Shown here piece by piece: positions 18,571 through 27,590 of a stretch of DNA of 35,476 nucleotides. Under the pieces are notes generated by a model. That model was not told the DNA's origin. It saw nothing but the letters and a program-made list of their open reading frames with translations, and searched no databases. A program made the position numbers and the translations under genes. How positions within the stretch are numbered: position 1 is the first letter of the stretch; each line of letters starts with the position of its first letter. Location of the stretch: the IMG/VR virus record IMGVR_UViG_3300037722_000807, positions 1-35,476 of that record. The stretch is one strand, 5' to 3'. The stretch comes from a virus. Lineage: Duplodnaviria; Caudoviricetes.

Positions 18571-20117
18571 CACAATTAGTTATTTCTCTTTTGGTTTATA
18601 ATCAATTAGATATTACGAGAAAATGTATTAAATCTATAATGGAAAATACTATTTCCAAAAATTTTCTATTGATTATTTCTGATAATGCATCAAGAGAAGA
18701 TACCCAAAAATATCTTTCTGCAATACAACACAAGAACATCAAATACATCAGAAATGATGAAAACCTTGGATTCATAAAAGCACATAATCAAATCTTTAAT
18801 AATTTTAAATCTAAATATTTTTGCGTATTGAATAATGATTTAATTATTAAAACACAAGGTTGGGACCAAAAACTAATCAATATTTTAAAAAATAATAAAG
18901 ATGTTGCTCAGGTTGGTCCTATACAAAGTTTTGGTTGTTTGGGTTTTACTGGAAAAGGACAACCTAGATATGGAAGACCTTTAGAATATATTGAAGGTTC
19001 TTGTTTTATTGTAAAATCTGATATTGTAAAAGAATGTGGTGGTTTATTTGAAGAAAAGTATATGAATTTTGCTTTTTGTGAAGATGCTGATTTATCTTTG
19101 AGATTAAGGTGTAATGGTTATAGAATTGTTGAAACAAACCAAGTTGATATTCTTCATCTTCATCATCAATCTTTTAAAAACGAAAAATTGGATATTGATT
19201 TTAAGAATATAGAAAAACAAAATAATAAATTTCTTTTAGATCGTTGGCAGAATTATTTTAAAAATAAGGAATTAAAACCGATTAAAATAATGATTAATCG
19301 TCAAGCTGCCATTGGTGATCTTTTTTGTATAGAACCAGTTATAAGAGAATTAAAAAATAAATATCCACTATCACAAATATTTGTAAATACTCTTTGTCCT
19401 CAAGGGATTATTGGAAATCCAAATGTTACTGATTATGGCAAAGATATTATCAATAAAATCAAATACGATAAATTAATTGATTTGGATTTAGCCTACGAAG
19501 TAAATCCACAAAAGCACCTTGTAATGGCTTATGCTGAAAAAGCAGAAGTTATCCTTGATGATGATAAAAGAATTCCTATTTATTATAATCTAAAAGAAAA
19601 TAATTACCCAACAACACCTTATTATGTTGTTAATTCAGAGGGAAGTTGGTTATCAAGAACATATCCCAGAGAAAAATGGAAAACATTTATTCAATATCTC
19701 AAAAATAATGGAAATGAAATTGTTGAGATTGGTTCTAATCCAAGTACATATTTAGGTATTGGACAAAACCTTGTAGGAAGATTGCAATTAGATAAAACCA
19801 TAGAAATAATTAAAAAAGCAAAATTGTATCTAGGGTTTGATGGAGCGTTGTTACACTTTGCTCAATCAGTAGGAACACCTTCTTTTAGTGTTTGGGGGTG
19901 CACTCTTCCAAAATACCGAATTCATGATTTTTCAAAAGCAACTTGTGTTCAGTTATCAAAAAATGACTTATCCTGTATTGGATGCCATCACGATTTGAAT
20001 AAAGCACCAAAAACATTTACTGAATGTGATAAAGTTCCAAAAGGGAAAACACCACCTTGTTTGGATGGTATTAGTGTAGCTCATTTAATAAAAATCTACG
20101 AGGAGAATTGTTTATGA
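18567..20117 (+). CDS. Two-domain glycosyltransferase (GT2 + GT9-like)
   Basis: N-half SDNAS, N.ENLGF..A.N, LNND, EDADLSLR; C-half AIGD.....P....LK, DGALLHFA..VGTP, C..C. Confidence 0.85.
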   Translation: MTQLVISLLVYNQLDITRKCIKSIMENTISKNFLLIISDNASREDTQKYLSAIQHKNIKYIRNDENLGFIKAHNQIFNNFKSKYFCVLNNDLIIKTQGWDQKLINILKNNKDVAQVGPIQSFGCLGFTGKGQPRYGRPLEYIEGSCFIVKSDIVKECGGLFEEKYMNFAFCEDADLSLRLRCNGYRIVETNQVDILHLHHQSFKNEKLDIDFKNIEKQNNKFLLDRWQNYFKNKELKPIKIMINRQAAIGDLFCIEPVIRELKNKYPLSQIFVNTLCPQGIIGNPNVTDYGKDIINKIKYDKLIDLDLAYEVNPQKHLVMAYAEKAEVILDDDKRIPIYYNLKENNYPTTPYYVVNSEGSWLSRTYPREKWKTFIQYLKNNGNEIVEIGSNPSTYLGIGQNLVGRLQLDKTIEIIKKAKLYLGFDGALLHFAQSVGTPSFSVWGCTLPKYRIHDFSKATCVQLSKNDLSCIGCHHDLNKAPKTFTECDKVPKGKTPPCLDGISVAHLIKIYEENCL

Positions 20118-20320
20118 TCAAAAAAGGAAGTAAAGTAAAAGTAAAAGATAATTTGGAAAGAGAATTAAAAAAATTAGGTATATGTAATATAACAGCTAAA
20201 ATAACACATAATAAATATGTTAATACAGAACAAATGATCCATGATATTTGTGAAAATAATCAAATTGTAACCATTGATTTTCTTGTAGACATTCCTATTA
20301 CAGCTTGTCAAAAACTTTAA
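20114..20320 (+). CDS. Hypothetical protein
   Basis: ATGA-coupled ORF with AGGAG RBS. Confidence 0.55.
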   Translation: MIKKGSKVKVKDNLERELKKLGICNITAKITHNKYVNTEQMIHDICENNQIVTIDFLVDIPITACQKL

Positions 20321-20336
20321 AAAGGAGATTAAAACA

Positions 20337-21032
20337 ATGCCTTATCCTGAAAAGAAAATCGTTGCTGAAAAGAAAAAAGAAAATTTTGATAAAACTGGTT
20401 ATCCTGAAAGAACTTTTAATGATGATTATTGGTTGTTCTCTGATGGAAATTCCCCAGCAAGAATTGATAAAAGCGCACACCAATTAATCAATTATTTTAG
20501 TTCATTGTTTGATGATTTTATTGGTGAAAGAATTTTTTCTATTCTTGATATTGGTGCGGGTGCAGGAAATATGGTTCAACAATTCAGAGATAATGGATTT
20601 AAAGCCGAAGGTTGTGAATTTTCTGAATCAGGTAAAAGAATTGCAAAAGAAAGATTTAATATTGATTTGGAAAATTGTGATTTGAGAAATAAACTTCCTT
20701 ATGATGATGATCAATTTGATTTCTCTTATTGTGTTGGTGTTCTTTCAATGATTCCAAAGGATAAAATGGAAAAAGCTATTTCTGAAATCATGAGGGTTAC
20801 TAAATATGGTTTTCTTTTGAACATTGGAACAATTGTAAACGATGCCAGTAGTGATAGAAGAGGCAACCCTCATCATCTTACCGCAATGAATAATGTTGAT
20901 TATTGGAGTATTATTAGTAAACTGAATGGATATGATTGGACCTCTATTCAGCCACCACAAAAGGCAAAATTTGGTATTGGTGTTGCCGGTGAGTTCTGTT
21001 GCTTGGCTGGCAAGCAACCCTGGCCTTTCTAA
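20337..21032 (+). CDS. Class I SAM-dependent methyltransferase
   Basis: ILDIGAGAG motif I; D....LPY.D.QFD; A..E..RV.K. Confidence 0.85.
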   Translation: MPYPEKKIVAEKKKENFDKTGYPERTFNDDYWLFSDGNSPARIDKSAHQLINYFSSLFDDFIGERIFSILDIGAGAGNMVQQFRDNGFKAEGCEFSESGKRIAKERFNIDLENCDLRNKLPYDDDQFDFSYCVGVLSMIPKDKMEKAISEIMRVTKYGFLLNIGTIVNDASSDRRGNPHHLTAMNNVDYWSIISKLNGYDWTSIQPPQKAKFGIGVAGEFCCLAGKQPWPF

Positions 21033-21056
21033 ATATACAAAAGGATAAGAGTAGTA

Positions 21057-21785
21057 ATGCCACCCTATAAAAATTTAACTGGAGAAAGGTTTGGTAGATT
21101 AACAGTAACAGGTAAATATGAAAAAAGAGGAAAATCATCAAATTATTATTGGGAATGTGTGTGTAGTTGTAAAGATAAAACAATTATTTTTGTTAAGAAT
21201 TCACATTTAAAAGAAGGAAATACAAATTCTTGTGGATGCTTACAAAAGGAAAAAATCAAAGAGGTAGGAAAAAGAAATGTAAAACATGGGCAATACAATA
21301 CACAATTTTATCGTATTTGGTATTGCATGAAACAAAGATGTAATAATTCAAATGCAAATAATTATAAGCATTATGGTGAAAGGGGCATTAAACTGCAAAA
21401 TTTTTGGAATGATTTTCAGAATTTCTATGATGATATGTATACTAAATATAGATTTGCAGAGAAATATTACAGAAAAGAATTAAAAAAGAAAAATAATCCA
21501 TTATCAATTGAAAGAAAAGATGTAAATGGTAATTATTGTAAGAAAAATTGTTGTTTTATACCAAAAAACAAGCAATCATTAAATACAAGGAGAACCAGAT
21601 GGTTTGTCGCTTTTTCACCAGAAAACAAAATACACTTTACTAAAAATATGGTAAAATTTGCAGAAAAATATAATCTTAGATTTCAAGCTATAAGCAGATG
21701 CTTAGCAAAAGATAGAAAAACACATAGAAATTGGAGATTTAGATTTATGACGGTTAAAGAAAAAGAAATAAGAGGAATAATATGA
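21057..21785 (+). CDS. Free-standing HNH-type endonuclease (paralog 2)
   Basis: NLTGERFGRL, WECVCSC, SCGC, MKQRC, YG.RGI, SIERKDVNGNYC. Confidence 0.85.
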   Translation: MPPYKNLTGERFGRLTVTGKYEKRGKSSNYYWECVCSCKDKTIIFVKNSHLKEGNTNSCGCLQKEKIKEVGKRNVKHGQYNTQFYRIWYCMKQRCNNSNANNYKHYGERGIKLQNFWNDFQNFYDDMYTKYRFAEKYYRKELKKKNNPLSIERKDVNGNYCKKNCCFIPKNKQSLNTRRTRWFVAFSPENKIHFTKNMVKFAEKYNLRFQAISRCLAKDRKTHRNWRFRFMTVKEKEIRGII

Positions 21786-21829
21786 ATGAATTTAGTGGTC
21801 TATTTTCTAAAAATAAATGGCCTTTTTAA
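21782..21829 (+). pseudogene. 15-aa remnant duplicating the C-terminus of the upstream methyltransferase
   Basis: MNEFSGLFSKNKWPF* vs ...AGEFCCLAGKQPWPF* (E,F,L,K,W,P,F and stop aligned without gaps). Confidence 0.7.
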
Positions 21830-21851
21830 TTTATTTATATAGGAGGAGAAA

Positions 21852-22379
21852 TTGAGCGAAACAAACAAATACCGCAATTTGTTTCTTGAATATTGTAAAG
21901 GTAATGGATTAGACATTGGTTATGGTGGTTCCCCAATAAATAATACAGCAATTTGTTTTGATTTACCAAAAGATAAAAGATATTCTTGGGTTGGAGAATC
22001 ACCACAGCATATTGAAGGTTCTGCTGAAGATTTATCAATTTTTGCTGATAATGCTTTAGATTATGCTTTTAGTTCCCATTTAATCGAGGATTTCACTGAC
22101 ACCTATGAAATCTTAAAAGAATGGACAAGAATTATCAAAATAGGTGGTTATCTTTGTTTATTGTTTCCAGACCAACAAAGATATGAAAAAATATCAAAAA
22201 CAATTAATACAGCACACAAGTATAAAGATTTTGGATTACAATTTGTACTTGATATTATTGATGAAGTAAATCATGAATTTTATCATATGTATGAATTGAA
22301 AATCATTGAAGCAAAGGAATTATTTGATAATGATGATTATAATTGTATGATAATTGCTCAGAAAGTTAAACAAATATGA
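21852..22379 (+). CDS. Class I SAM-dependent methyltransferase
   Basis: GLDIGYGG, LDY.FSSH.IE, EW.R..K.GG.L.L..P; TTG start with AGGAGG RBS. Confidence 0.85.
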   Translation: MSETNKYRNLFLEYCKGNGLDIGYGGSPINNTAICFDLPKDKRYSWVGESPQHIEGSAEDLSIFADNALDYAFSSHLIEDFTDTYEILKEWTRIIKIGGYLCLLFPDQQRYEKISKTINTAHKYKDFGLQFVLDIIDEVNHEFYHMYELKIIEAKELFDNDDYNCMIIAQKVKQI

Positions 22380-22744
22380 AATATAAAGAAGGACAAACAT
22401 TGTATTCTGTGTGTATTGAAGATGATGGTAAATGTTCTATGGATATTTATAAAGTAAGAACTATTCGTGGTGGTATAGTTCATGCCATTTTATTTGATAC
22501 CTTTACTTGGGGTAAAAAATCTAAAAAACATGGTGATTTTGGTTGGCTTGATCCCATTCCAAATTGGTGCAGAGAACGTTGTAAAGAAGGAGAAAAATTT
22601 AGACACCTATATACAACAAAATTATCTGCTTGGAAAGATGCTGAAAAAATAGTTAAAAAAATATTTGATGAAGACGAAGAAGAGAGCATTAAAGCAACCA
22701 AAACAATAAAATCACAAATTGGCAGAACAAGGATTAAAACATAA
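22376..22744 (+). CDS. Hypothetical protein
   Basis: 122-aa ORF translationally coupled on both sides. Confidence 0.65.
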   Translation: MKYKEGQTLYSVCIEDDGKCSMDIYKVRTIRGGIVHAILFDTFTWGKKSKKHGDFGWLDPIPNWCRERCKEGEKFRHLYTTKLSAWKDAEKIVKKIFDEDEEESIKATKTIKSQIGRTRIKT

Positions 22745-23451
22745 TGGCTGGTAAAATGAAAGATTTGAAAGGACAAACATTTGATAGATTGTTTGTTTTG
22801 AAAACTGTTGGAAAAAGAGGCAAACACTATTATTGGAAATGTAGATGTAATTGTGATAATAAAACCATATGTATAGTTAATGGTTCAAGTCTAAGTAGTG
22901 GACACACAAAAAGTTGTGGTTGTTTAAATACTGAAACCAGAAGGAATAAATTTTTAATTCATGGTGAAAATGGTACTCTGTTACATAAAATGTGGAGTAA
23001 AATGAGACAAAGATGCAATAATAAAAACAGAGAAGGTTATAAAAATTATGGTGGAAGAGGTATTACTTATGATCCTAGATGGGAGGACTTTTTGGAATTT
23101 AAAAAAGATATGCACACAAAATGTAAATTTGCATTAAAATTTTATAGAAAAGAAATATCAAAGAAAAACCCATTATCTTTAGAAAGAAAAGATGTAAATG
23201 GTAATTACTGCAAAGAAAATTGCATTTTTATTCCTATGAACTTACAAGGTAAAAATACAAGGAGACTTAAATGGTTTAAAGCAATAAATACAAAAACAAA
23301 AGAAGAAATAATTACAAATAATCAATCAGAATTCGCTAGAAATAACAATTTAAATGTCTCACGTATAAATCTTTGTTTAAATAATAAGGTGGAACAGCAT
23401 AAAGATTGGGGTTTTAAATATATTGATAATACAAAGGAAGACAAGAAATGA
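22744..23451 (+). CDS. Free-standing HNH-type endonuclease (paralog 3)
   Basis: DLKGQTFDRL, WKCRCNC, SCGC, YGGRGI, SLERKDVNGNYCKENC. Confidence 0.85.
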   Translation: MAGKMKDLKGQTFDRLFVLKTVGKRGKHYYWKCRCNCDNKTICIVNGSSLSSGHTKSCGCLNTETRRNKFLIHGENGTLLHKMWSKMRQRCNNKNREGYKNYGGRGITYDPRWEDFLEFKKDMHTKCKFALKFYRKEISKKNPLSLERKDVNGNYCKENCIFIPMNLQGKNTRRLKWFKAINTKTKEEIITNNQSEFARNNNLNVSRINLCLNNKVEQHKDWGFKYIDNTKEDKK

Positions 23452-24266
23452 AAATTCTTCTTTATTCTTTGGCTTTTTCAAATCCTGATTTATTGGATAA
23501 ATGTTTATTATCATGGCCTAAAGGAGTAGATAAAGCAATTTTATGGCAAGGAAACAAAACTGAATTACAACCCATTTATGAAAAACACAAAAATAATTGT
23601 GCTTTTACAATTAAAAGAATTAATAATTGGGGTTATGGGGGAGGTAATAACCTAATATTTAAAGAAGCCTTTGACAAAAGAAATTATGATGCAGTAATTG
23701 GTGTTGGTTCTGATACTGAAATGCTACCCGGATTTTGGGAAAATTTTATAATTGATTTAGATAAATATGATTTTGTAGAATCAACACATCAATTTAATTG
23801 TTTTTACATTTCTAAAAAATGTTTTAAAACAGTTGGTTCATTTGATGAAAACTTTTTCCCTGCCTATATTGAAGATGATGATTATCGTATAAGAATTTTA
23901 AAATCAGGAATTAAATATAAAAACAGCCATGGAAGCCACGATTTGTTCAGTCATGTTGGAAGTGCTACAATTAAAAGTCTAAGTGAAATTGAAAAACTCA
24001 GAGCATATAAAAGTTTTCAGTTAAACAGAGATTATATGGAAAGAAAATGGGGAGGAAATCAATTTAGTATTCCGAAATGGAGACCTGTTTTTGAGCATCC
24101 TTTTGATGATCCTGATTGGCCTTTATATAAATGGGTATTGAATTCTGAGGAAAGAAAAAACAAACTTTGGGATAACCTTTATTCTGATCCTAAAGATTAT
24201 AGACTGCCTATTTTAGTTGAATCATTATTTAATAACCCAAATGTTGTTTATGATTGGAAAACATAA
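23448..24266 (+). CDS. Glycosyltransferase, GT2/GT-A-like
   Basis: N.G.GGG.N, VG.FDENF.PAY.EDDDY..R, H.GS.T, Y...KWGG. Confidence 0.8.
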   Translation: MKILLYSLAFSNPDLLDKCLLSWPKGVDKAILWQGNKTELQPIYEKHKNNCAFTIKRINNWGYGGGNNLIFKEAFDKRNYDAVIGVGSDTEMLPGFWENFIIDLDKYDFVESTHQFNCFYISKKCFKTVGSFDENFFPAYIEDDDYRIRILKSGIKYKNSHGSHDLFSHVGSATIKSLSEIEKLRAYKSFQLNRDYMERKWGGNQFSIPKWRPVFEHPFDDPDWPLYKWVLNSEERKNKLWDNLYSDPKDYRLPILVESLFNNPNVVYDWKT

Positions 24267-24280
24267 AAAGGAGATACGAT

Positions 24281-24412
24281 ATGACAACAACGATCTTTAA
24301 GTGTTTTAGAATAAAATGTAAATGGAATCAAGACCATAAATGTTGTATTTCAATTGGTATGATAGTATTGGATTCCATTGGTGAATGTACTAATTATGTG
24401 GAGGACAAATGA
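24281..24412 (+). CDS. 43-aa Cys-rich microprotein (DUF1540-like spacing)
   Basis: Manual translation MTTTIFKCFRIKCKWNQDHKCCISIGMIVLDSIGECTNYVEDK; AAGGAG RBS; ATGA overlap. Confidence 0.6.
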   Translation: MTTTIFKCFRIKCKWNQDHKCCISIGMIVLDSIGECTNYVEDK

Positions 24413-24624
24413 ACAAAGAAGAACATAATAAATGTAGTTCCTGTGTAAAAGCAACCGAGTCAATTAAAATTGATATTGGTTATACTCAAATGACATACAA
24501 ATATGCTAACTTTATTAATGCTGTAGAAAGTTTAGCACAATATTTCATGGTTAACTTTGATTGTGATAATGAAAAATTGGCTGAATGTTTAGAATTATAT
24601 TCAAAGCATTTAAAGGGAGAATAA
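24409..24624 (+). CDS. Hypothetical protein
   Basis: Coupled ORF, GGAGG RBS. Confidence 0.6.
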   Translation: MNKEEHNKCSSCVKATESIKIDIGYTQMTYKYANFINAVESLAQYFMVNFDCDNEKLAECLELYSKHLKGE

Positions 24625-24625
24625 A

Positions 24626-24814
24626 ATGGAAAACTGTAGTCATTATTGGATTCCACAAATAAATGAAAAGGGAATGCCTGATTTTAGAATGAATAGACAA
24701 ATGAGTGATAAATATTTGATTCATGTTACTTGTGAAAACTGTAATTGTAGAACTTGGTTTACTAAAGAGCAATGGGACAATATTCCTATTACTGAAGACC
24801 CAAGGAGGAAATAA
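24626..24814 (+). CDS. Hypothetical zinc-ribbon protein
   Basis: CSH...CENC; GGGAG RBS. Confidence 0.6.
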   Translation: MENCSHYWIPQINEKGMPDFRMNRQMSDKYLIHVTCENCNCRTWFTKEQWDNIPITEDPRRK

Positions 24815-24997
24815 ATGATTAAAATAATAGTTGAAAATAGAAATTCAATATGTACGTTTGAATTGTTTGAAAATAGAAAACAGGTATCGGAATCTGATGA
24901 ACAGGAATTGTTTGTTACATATCATGAATTAATCAAACCTGCACTATTGTCAGCCGGTTTTCATAGGGAAACAATTGAAGAATTCTTTGGAGTGTAA
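24815..24997 (+). CDS. Hypothetical protein
   Basis: AGGAGG RBS; 60 aa. Confidence 0.6.
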   Translation: MIKIIVENRNSICTFELFENRKQVSESDEQELFVTYHELIKPALLSAGFHRETIEEFFGV

Positions 24998-24998
24998 T

Positions 24999-25247
24999 AT
25001 GGATTGGAATCTGGTTTCAAAAAATAAACATGGTGAAATACAAGTAAACTTTTTCTGGATATCCATTTTAATTGTTTTTATTGGTTTTCTTTTTGGATTA
25101 GGATTTAAATTTGCTGATTTTGTAATTAATTATACTTTTGCAAATGATGGTTATTACATTTATTATTTTGTTAATAAATATAAAATAGGTATTTTATTAA
25201 TTGTATTAATTCTTTTTGTAATCAAAATAAGTAAGGAGAATAAATAA
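24999..25247 (+). CDS. Small two-TM membrane protein
   Basis: Two hydrophobic stretches; ATG 24999 after GGAG preferred. Confidence 0.6.
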   Translation: MDWNLVSKNKHGEIQVNFFWISILIVFIGFLFGLGFKFADFVINYTFANDGYYIYYFVNKYKIGILLIVLILFVIKISKENK

Positions 25248-25248
25248 A

Positions 25249-25368
25249 ATGAAAAGAGGATCAATTAGAAGTACAAAGATTTATACAAAAGATGAAAATG
25301 GAAATAGACTGATAAAATATGCAGTAGAGGTTAGGCTTAGAGGCAAACTTAAAAATGAACTTCTCTAA
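25249..25368 (+). pseudogene. 39-aa truncated homolog of the N-terminus of 26053-26313
   Basis: MKRGSIRSTKIYTKDENGNRLIKYAVEVRLR vs MKRGNLRTIKVYTKNDKGDKIIQYAVQVRLR (18/31 identical, ungapped); AAGGAG RBS. Confidence 0.85.
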
Positions 25369-26044
25369 AGATTTGAAAGGACAAAATTTTGGCAGACTAA
25401 AAACAACAGGGAAATATGAAAGAAGAAAAAGATACGAGCAATTTTGGGAATGTATATGTAGTTGCAAGAATAAAAAGAATTTTTTTGTTCGTAGTGCTGA
25501 TTTAAAAAATGGACATACAAAAAGTTGTGGTTGCTTAAATAAAGAAGCAATAACAAAACACAATAAAGTTAATACTAAGATATATCAATTATGGTCAAAT
25601 ATGAAGGCAAGATGTAACAATCCAAATAATATTAGTTATAAAAATTATGGGGGTAGGGGTATTAGTCATGATCTTAAATGGAGTAGATTTGAGAAATTCT
25701 ATGATGATATGATTTTGAAATATAGATTTGCTGAAAAATTTTATAGAAAGGAAATAACAAGGAAAAACAACCCTTTAACACTAGAAAGAAAAGATGTAAA
25801 TGGTGATTATTGCAAATCAAATTGTTGTTTTATTCCAAAAAGTGATCAAGCAGGTAATACCAGAAAACTCAAATGGTTTAAATCAGTAAATTTGGAAACA
25901 GGAGAAGAGATTATTACTAATAATCAAAATAGATTTGCTAAAGAACACAATTTAAATGTGAGGCGTATAAATGATTGTCTTCATTTACTTAGAAAACAAC
26001 ATAAAGGTTGGAAATTTAAATACTATGATAATAAAAAGGAGTAA
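25355..26044 (+). CDS. Free-standing HNH-type endonuclease (paralog 4)
   Basis: DLKGQNFGRL, WECICSC, SCGC, YGGRGI, TLERKDVNGDYC. Confidence 0.85.
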   Translation: MNFSKDLKGQNFGRLKTTGKYERRKRYEQFWECICSCKNKKNFFVRSADLKNGHTKSCGCLNKEAITKHNKVNTKIYQLWSNMKARCNNPNNISYKNYGGRGISHDLKWSRFEKFYDDMILKYRFAEKFYRKEITRKNNPLTLERKDVNGDYCKSNCCFIPKSDQAGNTRKLKWFKSVNLETGEEIITNNQNRFAKEHNLNVRRINDCLHLLRKQHKGWKFKYYDNKKE

Positions 26045-26052
26045 AATAATAA

Positions 26053-26313
26053 ATGAAAAGAGGAAACCTAAGAACAATTAAAGTTTATACAAAAAACGAT
26101 AAAGGGGATAAAATTATTCAATATGCAGTTCAAGTGAGATTAAGAATGAAACAAACATGGACACAAGCCAAGGATGGGGATAAAATTCTTATATTTGATG
26201 ATAAAAATGAAGCTGATCAAGTAATCATTGATTATATGGATAAAATTAAAAGAACTATGGCTGAAAAATTGAAAGATAAAGATGTAAAAGTTAAATTTAA
26301 TAGGAGAAAATAG
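26053..26313 (+). CDS. Hypothetical protein (full-length copy)
   Basis: 86 aa; AAGGAG RBS. Confidence 0.7.
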   Translation: MKRGNLRTIKVYTKNDKGDKIIQYAVQVRLRMKQTWTQAKDGDKILIFDDKNEADQVIIDYMDKIKRTMAEKLKDKDVKVKFNRRK

Positions 26314-26314
26314 A

Positions 26315-26596
26315 ATGAAATATTACGAGATAATTAATATTATAGAAAAATTAAATATGGAACTATTAAAAGAATTATCTGATGAAGACTATACTGAAGC
26401 ATCATACTTTTTGGAATTAAAATTATCTACATGGGGTCATGACGTTTTTATTATAGAATTCTTAAATAATCAAATTTGGTGTAGTGAAGATGATATGAGA
26501 GAATATACTGATGAAGATGAATATGAGCCTTTGGAATATTTTCTAAGAAGAGGAATTAATCAGGTGTTGAACTATATTTCTAAAATTAAAATCTAA
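26315..26596 (+). CDS. Hypothetical acidic protein
   Basis: 93 aa; AGGAG RBS. Confidence 0.65.
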   Translation: MKYYEIINIIEKLNMELLKELSDEDYTEASYFLELKLSTWGHDVFIIEFLNNQIWCSEDDMREYTDEDEYEPLEYFLRRGINQVLNYISKIKI

Positions 26597-26613
26597 TAGG
26601 AGAACAATCTAAA

Positions 26614-27171
26614 ATGACTTGTATAATTGGATTTGAAGACAAAGAGAATAATAAAGTTTATATTGGTGGGGATTCTTGTGGTTCTAATTTGTATAATTAT
26701 TCATTGATATCAGAACCTAAAGTGTTTGTGAAAGATAAATTTATTTTTGGATATACAAGCACATTTAGATTTGGTCAACTAATTCAATATAAACTTAAAA
26801 TACCAGAACATAGGGAAGACAAACAATCTGATTATGAATATCTTGTTTCTGAACTTGCAGAAGCAATTAGAAAATGTTTGAAGGATAATGGTCATACAGA
26901 AATTGATAAAAGTTTGGAATCGGGTGGTAATTGTTTAATTGGTTATAAAGGAAAACTTTATGAACTTCAGTGTGATTTTTCTATTTTAAGAACTGCCAAT
27001 GGATTCAATGCTGTTGGTTGTGGTGAAGTAGCCGCAAAAACAGCCATGATGATTCTTACAAAAACAACAGATTATGATGGAAAATATGCCTTAATGATAT
27101 CTGATGCTCTTGGTTATGTTGAAGAAATAGATTCTCATGTAAAAGGTCCCTTCACTGTTTTTAGTATCTAA
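26614..27171 (+). CDS. Ntn-hydrolase, HslV/proteasome beta-like peptidase
   Basis: N-terminal M-T-C-I-I-G, IGGDS, PKVF, G.T..FR, AVGCG...A. Confidence 0.75.
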   Translation: MTCIIGFEDKENNKVYIGGDSCGSNLYNYSLISEPKVFVKDKFIFGYTSTFRFGQLIQYKLKIPEHREDKQSDYEYLVSELAEAIRKCLKDNGHTEIDKSLESGGNCLIGYKGKLYELQCDFSILRTANGFNAVGCGEVAAKTAMMILTKTTDYDGKYALMISDALGYVEEIDSHVKGPFTVFSI

Positions 27172-27184
27172 AGGAGAAAATATA

Positions 27185-27574
27185 ATGAAATGGTTATATA
27201 GAATTTTAAAATTAATTCCTTTTATTAATGTAACAGAAAAATACACAATAATATTTACCAAAGAAGAATACTTGGAAGGGCATGGGGTTTTCAAAAAAGG
27301 AGAATACAAGGGTCATCATGTAATTATAATGGATGAAAAAGAATATCAAGAATGGAAAGAATTTGTAGAAAATATATTTGTTGTGTATGAAAATAAAGAA
27401 GATTTAAAAAAAGATTTTCCTGATTCAGAACCTATAAAAGAAACTTTTATTACTGCCGATGAATATCCTTTTCCACCAAAGGAAAAAATAAGAAAAAAAA
27501 TTAAATCAGATTTTCCTTTAAACAAAAAAGAATGTTTTAATAACGATTGTAGTAAATGGCATGGTGATTTATAA
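27185..27574 (+). CDS. Hypothetical protein
   Basis: 129 aa; AAGGAG RBS. Confidence 0.6.
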   Translation: MKWLYRILKLIPFINVTEKYTIIFTKEEYLEGHGVFKKGEYKGHHVIIMDEKEYQEWKEFVENIFVVYENKEDLKKDFPDSEPIKETFITADEYPFPPKEKIRKKIKSDFPLNKKECFNNDCSKWHGDL

Positions 27575-27590
27575 AAAGAAAGGATTATAA

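Noticed and set aside
21033-21787. Group I intron carrying the HNH
   Set aside because: Only ~24 nt of non-coding flank, no room for a ribozyme core, and the upstream gene already has a complete end
22720-23455. Flanking duplication around HNH paralog 3 (GGCAGAACAAGGATTAAAA vs GGAAGACAAGAAATGAAAA)
   Set aside because: Short, gapped, A-rich and without protein-level support; paralogs 1 and 5 also show no clear duplicate
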